Origin: a virus | Length of the DNA stretch: 64,000 nt | Strand: one strand, 5' to 3' | Virus record (IMG/VR): IMGVR_UViG_3300021963_000035 | Location: 1 to 64,000 of that record | In this document: positions 41,701-49,817 of the stretch, in pieces | Layout: every line of letters begins with the position of its first letter | Position numbering within the stretch: position 1 is the stretch's first letter | Notes under the pieces: model-generated | The model's input: the letters and a program-made list of their open reading frames with translations, nothing else | What the model was told of the DNA's origin: nothing | Databases searched by the model: none | Position numbers and translations under genes: made by a program

Positions 41701-42177
41701 GACTAGTATGAATTGCTCATACCAATTGTTATTTGTAGGATCATTCCAAACTATAATTTGTTGGGATAGATTTTTACCATTACTGTCAACTATTGATTCT
41801 GTAGTACTAACAGTGTCAAATTTTAATAACCCAGATGCAGCCTTGCATCTCTTGGCGTTATAAGACAGCATACGAGCTAGACGTAGTACGCTTTCTTTTC
41901 TATCAGCTATATCGATAAAGTTTTCTCTAGATGCTAAGTCGATTCGAAAACTTAAACTCTGGCCTAGAAATGCGATAGCATCGATCAATGCGAGATATTC
42001 GCTCGATTCGATAAAGTCGTTAAAATCTTCGGGGTAATTTTCTTGAAGATAAGTGATAATAACTCTACGAAGATTTTCAAAATCGTAAGATTTAAAATCA
42101 GCATTTTTAAATGTCTGATATATTCGTTTCCAATCTTCTGCTAGAATTAAATTATTTTGTCTACTAGTTGTGGTCAT
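38770..42177 (-). CDS. gp6: baseplate wedge subunit (T4 gp6-like)
   Basis: YDFENLR...DFNDFIESS...ENFIDIADRKESVLRLARMLSYNAK and ETVSSIRSKAPALYYTQNRMITGEDY. Confidence 0.85.
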   Translation of the reverse strand: MTTTSRQNNLILAEDWKRIYQTFKNADFKSYDFENLRRVIITYLQENYPEDFNDFIESSEYLALIDAIAFLGQSLSFRIDLASRENFIDIADRKESVLRLARMLSYNAKRCKAASGLLKFDTVSTTESIVDSNGKNLSQQIIVWNDPTNNNWYEQFILVLNSAMAENTQFGNSQGEAVIDGITTQQYRFNTNTTDVPIYSYSRAVSSRSTAFEIVSTAFPDGEKISEESPVPGNQLGFIFRSDGKGAASAGTGFFLMFKQGSLELADFNIAQPTTNERVSVDSANINDDDVWLYRLDSNGLQTDEWTKVPSLSGNNIIYNSISKDIRNIFTVVTTANDKIELQFSDGIYGNLPQGAFRVYYRVSNGLTYSISPNEMRGISVSVPYVNAAGTPHTLTFTLSLKYTVNNAAASETVSSIRSKAPALYYTQNRMITGEDYNLAPLSASQDVLKVKAINRTSSGISRNFDIVDATGKYSKINVFADDGLIYKHELEKAFSLKFKSKSEIVNFIRQVVEPAISSAGVYNFYLGKFDKILFGDLNIHWLQITSDGDSSTGYFRNVNDSTKLKVGNYTSTNLKYIEAGSLVKFVPPTGKAFKNGTLVDLDLSDWEQKDRLWVKVVSVVGDGTNANRGVLANGKGPITFSDTVPTDSVISRVIPKFITNIGDALETEVLNLMNNYSNFGLRYSVADRDWKIITASNLNTTSQFFSAGTAGDTTGLNLDSSWILAFVYDGIKFNVHVRELDYVFESLKQNRFYFDNRQKVFDTKTKQVVKDQVNILGINTDYNKIYPVKNDIKFEIVDNVRFDDGYQSTSSVKLAFFDSDDDGVVDNPESFEIIAGSDDNLKYIFFKKSIDEYGATYYQYIDNSSGAIKIASRTNLVNINSYNDGDLVYFYDQTEDVVKRVDKSTNTFVIDSSYRANLGRDNVKFQYIHNAGVDRRIDPSVSNIIDVYILTRAYDTEFRNYLSGYSTKPLLSNSDQLRIQFGSGLNAIKSVSDEIIYHPVQFKPLFGSKADIQFQAQFKVVKNPNKTISDNDVKVRIIAAINEFFNVDGWDFGDKFYFTEMATYVINQLSPDISNFVLVPKQSTQKFGSLFEIQSRQDEIFISAATVDDIIIVESITAAEMNLDSNSIISNTSQ

Positions 42178-42195
42178 TTTTCTTATCCTATCACA

Positions 42196-42202
42196 TATTT
42201 AC
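42196..42202 (-). promoter_or_regulatory. late promoter motif variant GTAAATA
   Basis: Intergenic, 18 nt upstream of the gp6 ATG, with an AGGA SD in between. Confidence 0.5.
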
Positions 42203-42218
42203 CCAATAAAATTAAGTG

Positions 42219-42659
42219 CTATGTTAATAAATTATTGTCTCTACTAAAAGTAAAAGCCATTTTTTCACTAACGTTAAATGGCAAATAAACTGCATCAATA
42301 ATGATCTGTATCCCTACTTGAGTTGCATCAACTGTAACTTGTTGAATAGCAATCCTAGGATCCGAATTAACTATTGCCTCAACATCTTTAATGATGATAT
42401 TTTTATTTGTTTCAGTCATTGGTTCAAATAACATGTCCCATATTATTGTACCGTACCCTGGTTTTTCTAGCTTTTCACCTTTTCTTATATGAAAATGATT
42501 AATCAAATCTTGTTTTACTAGAGCAATATCATACAATTTAAAATTCTTAGTAGTTTGATTAGAGCTAAACCCTCTGTAGGTATATTTTCCAGAATTATTG
42601 TCTCCAACTGCTGCTACTCTGCTAGATACTTTCTTTTGATTATATAATTTGTTTGCCAT
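42219..42659 (-). CDS. gp25: baseplate wedge subunit (gp25-like)
   Basis: VKQDLINHFHIRKGEK...YGTIIWDMLFEP...IVNSDPRI is the gp25/GPW family pattern. Confidence 0.85.
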   Translation of the reverse strand: MANKLYNQKKVSSRVAAVGDNNSGKYTYRGFSSNQTTKNFKLYDIALVKQDLINHFHIRKGEKLEKPGYGTIIWDMLFEPMTETNKNIIIKDVEAIVNSDPRIAIQQVTVDATQVGIQIIIDAVYLPFNVSEKMAFTFSRDNNLLT

Positions 42660-44227
42660 TATTCTGAATCCCTATCTGTATTTTGTTTATTAAAAATCTG
42701 AGGGGCAAAATTTTCGTGTCCGGGCCAGGGCTCGTGCATAGGAACACGCCTCATAATACTGGCTATTCCTTCCGCCTGATATCTGTTTTCCCAACCCTTA
42801 GCAGTATCCGTGGCAAAATTCTTTCTCAATGCTAATGCTTCTACCGGTTCTGCTGTCTCAGCTTTTTCTGCAATAGGGCCGTTCATGTCTATCCTATTGG
42901 CAGTTTCGTAATGGCGGTCACCGCTTCTTATATGTGTATTACCGGCCGCAGTAAATCTATTATCGCCGTCCGTTCTTACATTAAAATTACCAGCTGTAAC
43001 AAATTTTGCATCGGTATTAACTACAGTTTCTAGATTTCCTTTTACTGAAATTTTACCGTTGCTACCTACTGTTAAATTAAAATCTGTTTCGACATCTATC
43101 TGCACTCTACCAGTTGCAGATCTCATATTAATATTTCTTCCTGCTTCTAAATTAATATCTCTATCTGCACGAATGTTTAAATCATTTTGTGTATGAATAC
43201 TGATACTATCGTCGGCAAAAATATCAATCTTACCATTGCTGGTCATTTCTATCCAGGTAGTGCCTTTAGAATTTCCTATGTAAATTAAATCCTCGCTGTT
43301 GTGAAACAACAACTGATGTCCAGTCCTAGTCCTTATTCTAAAATATTCACTATAAGGTATATTAGGAGTACCTTTTTCGTTCTTTAATAAATCAACATAA
43401 TCCTGGCCGCCTTCGCTTGCTGGTGTTTTTCTGGTGTATTGATCATCACCATCATCCATTATTATCTGTGTTCCACCTAAACGACTTACTGGTATCGGTT
43501 TAGTAGTTTGAGTTGCAGAATTTTTAATGAATGCTTTCTTACCTTCTTGGTCCAACGGGCCTGGAGTTGATATTCCGAATACCATTCCAGGGATATCTCT
43601 TCTTGCAGTAGTAGGTGCAGTACCTCTAACATCATCGTCAAGCAGCCCTTGTTCTAAAAATCTATCGGCGATAGGATGTACGGGTTTCTTTGCTAAATCT
43701 ATTCTAGTGCCTAAACCTTTATCAAATAAATCTCTATTGTATTCTGCAACAGGTAAGGGTTGTTTAGTTGCATATTTTTTTTGATCTGCGGGACTTATAT
43801 CAACATTTAATGATCCGCCAATTGCAGGAATCATGTGATTCATTCCTCGGTCCGGAACGCAGCCCATCCAATACCCATCTGCAGGGTTTCCATTAACAAA
43901 AAAGCAAAGAACAAAAACTCCTAGATCAGGAGGAACGAACCACATTCCATAACTTTTTTGTGTGTCATTAAATCCCGTAGCTGCATCAGTTTTCTCAGCA
44001 GTATTATTTCCTACGTGTTCTAAACTTGTTACTCCATAGAAAGGAGAAGCATATCTTACAATTAAAGAATTTCCGTATTCAACTAACTTATTACCTTGAT
44101 GACGCATCAGTACTACACGCAAACTGCCCATGTATGAAGCATCTACATATCCCACTACCTTTGCTAGGTATGGACTGTGCGGTAGTTTAGTACCTTGGCC
44201 CGCTGGTTCTCTTCGTTCTATTGTCAT
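42659..44227 (-). CDS. gp5: baseplate central spike (gp5/VgrG-like OB fold + beta-helix; no lysozyme domain evident)
   Basis: SYGMWFVPPDLG...FVNG (OB fold), RIRTRTGHQLL...GTTWIEMTSNGKIDIF, beta-helix repeats and terminal PMHEPWPGHEN. Confidence 0.75.
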   Translation of the reverse strand: MTIERREPAGQGTKLPHSPYLAKVVGYVDASYMGSLRVVLMRHQGNKLVEYGNSLIVRYASPFYGVTSLEHVGNNTAEKTDAATGFNDTQKSYGMWFVPPDLGVFVLCFFVNGNPADGYWMGCVPDRGMNHMIPAIGGSLNVDISPADQKKYATKQPLPVAEYNRDLFDKGLGTRIDLAKKPVHPIADRFLEQGLLDDDVRGTAPTTARRDIPGMVFGISTPGPLDQEGKKAFIKNSATQTTKPIPVSRLGGTQIIMDDGDDQYTRKTPASEGGQDYVDLLKNEKGTPNIPYSEYFRIRTRTGHQLLFHNSEDLIYIGNSKGTTWIEMTSNGKIDIFADDSISIHTQNDLNIRADRDINLEAGRNINMRSATGRVQIDVETDFNLTVGSNGKISVKGNLETVVNTDAKFVTAGNFNVRTDGDNRFTAAGNTHIRSGDRHYETANRIDMNGPIAEKAETAEPVEALALRKNFATDTAKGWENRYQAEGIASIMRRVPMHEPWPGHENFAPQIFNKQNTDRDSE

Positions 44228-44228
44228 A

Positions 44229-46511
44229 TTATGCCACTATTATTACTTCAGAAGCTGGTGCTGAAGGATCTTCTTGACCACCTGGGGATTCTGGTAACAC
44301 CTTAGTCTTATCTTGAGTTTCTGGTGTTTCTTGCTGGTCAAGATAATCGTCTGGCTGACCGGGCATCCTAATCAGTGTAAGACTTTGTGTAAATTTTCCG
44401 TCAGTAAATTTACTGGAACAATCGTTTACTTTATAAATTCCACTAAACTCACTTACGGTGTTTCCTATAGAGGTAAATTCATACAATCCAGTTTCTGGGT
44501 TAATATCTCTAGGTGTTAAAAATTCTAAAATCACATAAACTTCACTGCCTTCGTAAGTCATAGTGCCGTCTTGCGTAATAGCGTCATTCTGTTTTTGAGC
44601 GAAGTAATTCCCCATACCACTATCTACCATCCAGTAAGGATCTCCTAATATATCTAGGTTGACTTTAATCATGTCTCCTTTAGTTGTTAGATTTTGCTGA
44701 AACATTTCTGCTATTTTCTTTTCTGATCGAACATCACCCGCACCACCCGGATACGAATCTTCTAAAGACTCGGGGCTATTTTTCATCTGTGCTATCGGAG
44801 AATTTGACGCTGCAACCTCATCCGTCTGTCCGCCGTCTTGTGTGACGAATTTCGTTTCAGTACCTGGGGCTAAAGATTGCACCGCTTGTGACTTAACTCC
44901 ACCGGTGTCTGTTGGGCCAGCGCCTGACGCTCCTGTATAAAACAATGTATCAAATTTTATATCAAATCTTAATACGTGATCATTTTTGCCAGTATAGATA
45001 TATTGATATCGCTTGGCTATTTTCTTTTGTAATTTACTATATCCTATCACAGCAGTACTAGGATTCATGTAAACGCTATGATGCACCCTATAAGGAACTA
45101 TTCTATAGATGATCTTTTTAGCGTAGTCTTTTGTTAGAGGATCAAACTCTAGTAATTTCATCTGTACATCAATTTTAAACCATTCAATAGTTCCGTCATC
45201 GGCGATTTTTTTAAATGTATCTATAGACCATTTACTACTCATTATAATTTGCACAAGTATATCTGTAATACTTTGACCTTGAGCAAACTGAAAAGCTCTA
45301 GCGTTAGGATCGATGATAACTTTATCTCTGTTGATCTTAGCACTGTCAGGATCATATACATCACCTTCTAAAGGCATGACAAAATTTCCGCCCCTAGATG
45401 CATCAAATCCCATGCTGCTATCGCCGATAGCATTGTTGCCAAAATCAGTTACTCCTTGAGGATCTTTTCCAACTTTTAAAGGAACATATTCGAAATTTGT
45501 AGTAGCTCCGCCATCGGAGCCTCCTTCGCCTTGTGTAATTCCTATAGGATCATGACCGTCCTTGGGAAAAACAAAAAGATATTCATTTGCTATAGATTGA
45601 TTTTTCTTTTCGGCTGCATTTCTTTTTTCTTGACCGTTTAAAATAGAACTAAGAGAAAATTCCCCAAATGATAATAATTCTTTTACTGAGCTTCCTTGTA
45701 ATTGAATATCTTTAAACGATTTGTTTACAACATTACTGAAACCGGTATGATTATAAGGAACTGCTTCTACTTTATAAGTTGATCCAGCATCGTTAACTTC
45801 CATTTTTACACCGATAAGTCTCATCGGAAAGTATTTGCTAAATTTACTAGATGCTAAGCCGTCGTCGGTATATCCTTGAAAATCAACTTTTAATAGATAA
45901 GGACAGTTATCTAGATAACTTTTGTATCCGGCTTTGTCTGCCGCATTCTGTAAACTCTGAAGGAACAATCCCATGCTATATGGTTCAACAACATCAAACA
46001 TTAATTTCATAGCATTACTATTACCATTCTTTTCTCTAGGAATTATTACAGAATTAATAATAAAGTTGTTTACAAAATATTCCGGTTTGCCGTAGTATGT
46101 TGATACTCTTAAATCATCGTATCTACCAGCTGAGCTGAAAACTACTCCTGCCTGAAACACCTTGTCATTTCTTACAAACTTTTTATTAAGATAAGCTAAA
46201 TTGTCTTGTCTATATGTCGCTGGATTATTATATTGTTCTTTAGTTAACACTGCTAAGGTGAATAACTGAGTGTATGAAGTAAACTTATCTAACGGATTAG
46301 CTATAGGAGTATAAGTGTAGGGCAATCGATCAGCAACAACTGTTACCTCGGGCAATCTTCTATTATCATCATCGGTAACATTTGTTTCAACTTTAGATTG
46401 GGTTGATGAGCCTGTGCTGTTAGAAATAATGAATCTTTTACGTGCATCGAGGTCGGCGGTAGATCCGTCGCTTATATCGTTCAATCTAACTGCTGTTCCT
46501 GAATCTGCCAT
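44229..46511 (-). CDS. baseplate hub protein (gp27-like)
   Basis: Position between the gp53-like and gp5-like genes. C-terminal ILGDPYW...FSGIYKV...SKFTDGKFTQSLTLIR is typical of hub proteins. Confidence 0.6.
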   Translation of the reverse strand: MADSGTAVRLNDISDGSTADLDARKRFIISNSTGSSTQSKVETNVTDDDNRRLPEVTVVADRLPYTYTPIANPLDKFTSYTQLFTLAVLTKEQYNNPATYRQDNLAYLNKKFVRNDKVFQAGVVFSSAGRYDDLRVSTYYGKPEYFVNNFIINSVIIPREKNGNSNAMKLMFDVVEPYSMGLFLQSLQNAADKAGYKSYLDNCPYLLKVDFQGYTDDGLASSKFSKYFPMRLIGVKMEVNDAGSTYKVEAVPYNHTGFSNVVNKSFKDIQLQGSSVKELLSFGEFSLSSILNGQEKRNAAEKKNQSIANEYLFVFPKDGHDPIGITQGEGGSDGGATTNFEYVPLKVGKDPQGVTDFGNNAIGDSSMGFDASRGGNFVMPLEGDVYDPDSAKINRDKVIIDPNARAFQFAQGQSITDILVQIIMSSKWSIDTFKKIADDGTIEWFKIDVQMKLLEFDPLTKDYAKKIIYRIVPYRVHHSVYMNPSTAVIGYSKLQKKIAKRYQYIYTGKNDHVLRFDIKFDTLFYTGASGAGPTDTGGVKSQAVQSLAPGTETKFVTQDGGQTDEVAASNSPIAQMKNSPESLEDSYPGGAGDVRSEKKIAEMFQQNLTTKGDMIKVNLDILGDPYWMVDSGMGNYFAQKQNDAITQDGTMTYEGSEVYVILEFLTPRDINPETGLYEFTSIGNTVSEFSGIYKVNDCSSKFTDGKFTQSLTLIRMPGQPDDYLDQQETPETQDKTKVLPESPGGQEDPSAPASEVIIVA

Positions 46512-46514
46512 CTA

Positions 46515-46814
46515 TTAAACTCCCAAGAATCTCTGAAGATTACTTTTCTTAGGTAAAAATATTTTAGTCCCTGTAGTAAAATCATATATTGGATCTTTTA
46601 TGGTATCCATGTTTCGTTGTGTAAACACCCACCAAAGTTTCGGACTACCGTATAAGTCGTACGCAAGCAAATCCGGTCTATAATTATATTGACTCTCAAT
46701 GACATATTGAATATCATCTGCCTCAGAAGGCACTGGTCGAATGTTTAATAATTCTAGATAAAGATCATTCTGAGTTGTTTTAAACCAAGGACTTGTATTA
46801 GTATAAGTTGCCAT
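46515..46814 (-). CDS. gp53: baseplate wedge gp53-like / LysM-like protein
   Basis: YRPDLLAYDLYGSPKLWWVF...N motif. Confidence 0.8.
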   Translation of the reverse strand: MATYTNTSPWFKTTQNDLYLELLNIRPVPSEADDIQYVIESQYNYRPDLLAYDLYGSPKLWWVFTQRNMDTIKDPIYDFTTGTKIFLPKKSNLQRFLGV

Positions 46815-46815
46815 T

Positions 46816-47862
46816 TTAAATTATTCCTACTTCTTGGCCAGAAACAAAGTTTTGTAAACTAAATTTCCTCAAACGCTCTCTGCTGTAGATCGGACTTACA
46901 GTCACAGACACTGTAGAAAATATAGGAACCCAATTGTCTACTCCGTTGTAAGGAACTTTTATGTAATTAACGTCGTCTTTTAGTTCTAGATTAAAAGATT
47001 TAACTACTACTGAAACATTATTGATCACCTGTGGACCATACCCACTTAAGGTACAGATCACAGGGGGATTTCCTACAAAATCTCCCGTTCCATAAAACAT
47101 TTTTGTTGCGGCTCGTAAAAACGTAATAGCTTCAAGATAATAGCCACCGTCAGCTACATCTTCTACCACAAAGTCTGCTGAAATAGTAATATCATCCACT
47201 TGACTATTTTTATAAGACAACATCGGAGCATTTGAATGCACAGGATCCGAAGTAGAGTAATTAGCTTTACTTGAAATTGTCATGTTTGGAGTAAACGGAA
47301 ATATCAATCCTTCGGATATTTTCAATCTTGAGAATGTTCCTATTCCGAAAATAGTATCAAAATCACAATATAGTTTTACTCTCCAATCACCTTCTCCACG
47401 GTCATTTCTTATTGCCACTGTCGATGTTCCGGTAAATAACTCTGCACCAGCAGGAAGACTTTTTCCCCTAGCTAGGCTAGCAAAATTATTGATTGCACCG
47501 GCTGTTCTACCGATAGCTCCCAATGCTCCTACTAATCGATCACCTATTCCAATACGTTGCAGTGTGGCAGCAGCATTGCCTGCATTTGCAGAAACTACTC
47601 CAGCATTGTCCCCGATTACTCCGGCGGCGGTTCTGACACCAGTAACTAAGCTCTGTCCTCTGCCAGCTTCAATGTCTTGTCTGTTTGAGGCTCCTCCGTT
47701 AAGTCCAGTACCAGGGGCTCCGGAATAGGTTTCAACTGTTCTGTTAAGATCAGCTACATCTGCAGGAGTTGGTTTTTGGTTGCTGATCGACTGTACCCCT
47801 TGTTGAATCATTGAGGACACTGTGTTGTATATCTTTGAGAACGGATTGGCAGACAAACTCAT
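46816..47862 (-). CDS. tail-tube initiator / baseplate tail-tube cap (gp48/gp54-like)
   Basis: LIFPFTPNMT...HSN...YKNSQVDDITISADF...GNPPVICTLSGYG, first gene of the baseplate operon. Confidence 0.6.
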   Translation of the reverse strand: MSLSANPFSKIYNTVSSMIQQGVQSISNQKPTPADVADLNRTVETYSGAPGTGLNGGASNRQDIEAGRGQSLVTGVRTAAGVIGDNAGVVSANAGNAAATLQRIGIGDRLVGALGAIGRTAGAINNFASLARGKSLPAGAELFTGTSTVAIRNDRGEGDWRVKLYCDFDTIFGIGTFSRLKISEGLIFPFTPNMTISSKANYSTSDPVHSNAPMLSYKNSQVDDITISADFVVEDVADGGYYLEAITFLRAATKMFYGTGDFVGNPPVICTLSGYGPQVINNVSVVVKSFNLELKDDVNYIKVPYNGVDNWVPIFSTVSVTVSPIYSRERLRKFSLQNFVSGQEVGII

Positions 47863-47882
47863 AATATTTTTACCTTTTAGTC

Positions 47883-47889
47883 TATTTAT
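47883..47889 (-). promoter_or_regulatory. late promoter motif ATAAATA for baseplate operon
   Basis: Lies 20 nt upstream of the ATG at 47862 in a divergent intergenic region. Confidence 0.6.
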
Positions 47890-47938
47890 TCTGTTAAAAA
47901 TGTGCTATTATATTACTATCTGAGGACCCATAACTATA

Positions 47939-48766
47939 ATGAATGTACAACCAAAAATAAAATACCTAACTAACAAAGATTTACTTCGAGAAATACATCT
48001 AAGCAAAAACACCTATTGCTCGTATCTACAGCCAGAATATCATGATTATGATCTAATAGTTCCTAGCCTAGAAAAAATTAATATTAGAACTATAGCGGAA
48101 GCCAAACGCAATCGTGCGGCCAAGCTCAGCAAACTAGCACACGAAAAAGCACTGCTAACTGATCGAAAAGCTGTTGCTAGAGATCATGAAGTAGACTACA
48201 AGAAAGTAGCAAAGAACGATGTTGTGTTTAGATTAATGACATTTGAACACATACCGTTAGCGCCAGGTCGTAAAAAGACTGTCAAATCTAGAGCAGACAG
48301 TCACGAAAAAGTAAACTTTCCTCCTTTCCAACATTGGAAATTCGATGACAAAGAAAACCTAATCTGTGTAGGTAAAAGCCACTGGAAAGGGGATCTGCAA
48401 CTAGGAGAGTTTTCTAAAGAACACGGACAGATGACTAATAATCTTGCCCGAATGTTTATTAAACTTTGTGAGCGTTATGCTACCAGAGGTAACGTTAGAG
48501 GTTATACCTACAACGACGAAATGCGCGGGCAAGCTATTCTCCAACTAACCCAGATAGGACTACAATTCGATGAAAGCAAATCAAATAATCCTTTTGCTTA
48601 CTATACTGCTGCTGTTACTAATTCATTCGTTAGAATTATCAACATTGAGAAACGCAATCAAAACATTAGAGACGACATTCTTGAAATGAACGGAATGAAT
48701 CCTAGCTGGACTAGACAAAACTCAGGGCCCGTTGGTGGCGGTGGAGACTGGGGCGGTGACGATTGA
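47939..48766 (+). CDS. gp55: late-transcription sigma factor (T4 gp55-like)
   Basis: YLTNKDLLREI N-terminus and GYTYNDEMRGQA...FDESKSNNPFAYYT...FVRIINIEKRNQ core, plus 55-47-46 synteny. Confidence 0.85.
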   Translation: MNVQPKIKYLTNKDLLREIHLSKNTYCSYLQPEYHDYDLIVPSLEKINIRTIAEAKRNRAAKLSKLAHEKALLTDRKAVARDHEVDYKKVAKNDVVFRLMTFEHIPLAPGRKKTVKSRADSHEKVNFPPFQHWKFDDKENLICVGKSHWKGDLQLGEFSKEHGQMTNNLARMFIKLCERYATRGNVRGYTYNDEMRGQAILQLTQIGLQFDESKSNNPFAYYTAAVTNSFVRIINIEKRNQNIRDDILEMNGMNPSWTRQNSGPVGGGGDWGGDD

Positions 48767-48791
48767 AATTAATCGCTCAACATGTTAAAAT
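48763..48791 (+). promoter_or_regulatory. sigma70-type (early) promoter for gp47-gp46
   Basis: TTGAAA (48763-48768), 17-bp spacer, TAAAAT (48786-48791) with extended TGn. GGAGG SD at 48798-48802. Confidence 0.6.
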
Positions 48792-48806
48792 TGCACTGGA
48801 GGATTT

Positions 48807-49817
48807 ATGAGTTTATTCAAAAAAGCAGCCTGTTTTACTGATATACATTTTGGTTTAAAAGGCGGTAGCCGAACACACAACAACGATTGTGAAGAATTTG
48901 TTAAATGGTTTTGCGACACTGCAAAAGCTGAAGGCTGCGATACTGTCATATTCCTAGGTGATTGGCATCATAATAGGTCGGCAACAGATGTAAGCACAAT
49001 GAATTACACTGTTAGTAATCTCAAACGACTAAATGATAACTTTGATCAAGTGTTTGTTATCACTGGCAACCACGATCAATTCTACAAAGATAAACGAGAA
49101 ATCAACAGTTTAGAGTTCGGCAGACTACTTCCAAACATAACACTAGTAGATAAAACTATCACTTCTGGTGATGTTACCATTATGCCCTGGTTAGTCGGAG
49201 ACGAATGGAAAGATGTTCCAAAGATTAAAAGTCAATACATCTTTGGACACTTAGAATTACCTTCATTTTACATGAATGCAATGGTGCAGATGCCCGATCA
49301 CGGACAATTACAAAGAGATCACTTTGTAAATCAAGAGTACGTGTTCACTGGACATTTCCATAAGCGTCAAGAAGCTAACAATATTGTCTACATAGGCAAT
49401 GCTTTTCCACACAACTACGCTGATAGTGGCGACGACGACCGAGGCATGATGATTTTAGAATGGGGTAAGAAGCCCGTTTATAAAAATTGGCCAGGACAGC
49501 CTGTATATCGAACATACAAGTTAAGTCAAATTATGGAAAATCCAGATGCATTGTTACATGAAAAAATGCATTGTAGGGTTAGCATCGACATACAGATTTC
49601 TTTTGAAGAAGCTAATCTTATTAAAGAAACGTTTATTCCCCAATACAATTTAAGAGAACTGATGTTAATACCTGAAAAAGAGCAAATTGCCGACAACTTT
49701 GAAATGGGGGATATTACATTTGAAAGTGTTGACAGTATTGTTATAGGTCAACTAAATGCTATCGAATCAGAATCATTCGATAAGAAACTGCTGCTGGACA
49801 TATATCAAAATCTATGA
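48807..49817 (+). CDS. gp47: recombination endonuclease subunit (gp47 / Mre11 / SbcD-like)
   Basis: Metallophosphoesterase motifs TDIHFG, LGDWHH, GNHD, GHLE and GHFH. Confidence 0.92.
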   Translation: MSLFKKAACFTDIHFGLKGGSRTHNNDCEEFVKWFCDTAKAEGCDTVIFLGDWHHNRSATDVSTMNYTVSNLKRLNDNFDQVFVITGNHDQFYKDKREINSLEFGRLLPNITLVDKTITSGDVTIMPWLVGDEWKDVPKIKSQYIFGHLELPSFYMNAMVQMPDHGQLQRDHFVNQEYVFTGHFHKRQEANNIVYIGNAFPHNYADSGDDDRGMMILEWGKKPVYKNWPGQPVYRTYKLSQIMENPDALLHEKMHCRVSIDIQISFEEANLIKETFIPQYNLRELMLIPEKEQIADNFEMGDITFESVDSIVIGQLNAIESESFDKKLLLDIYQNL

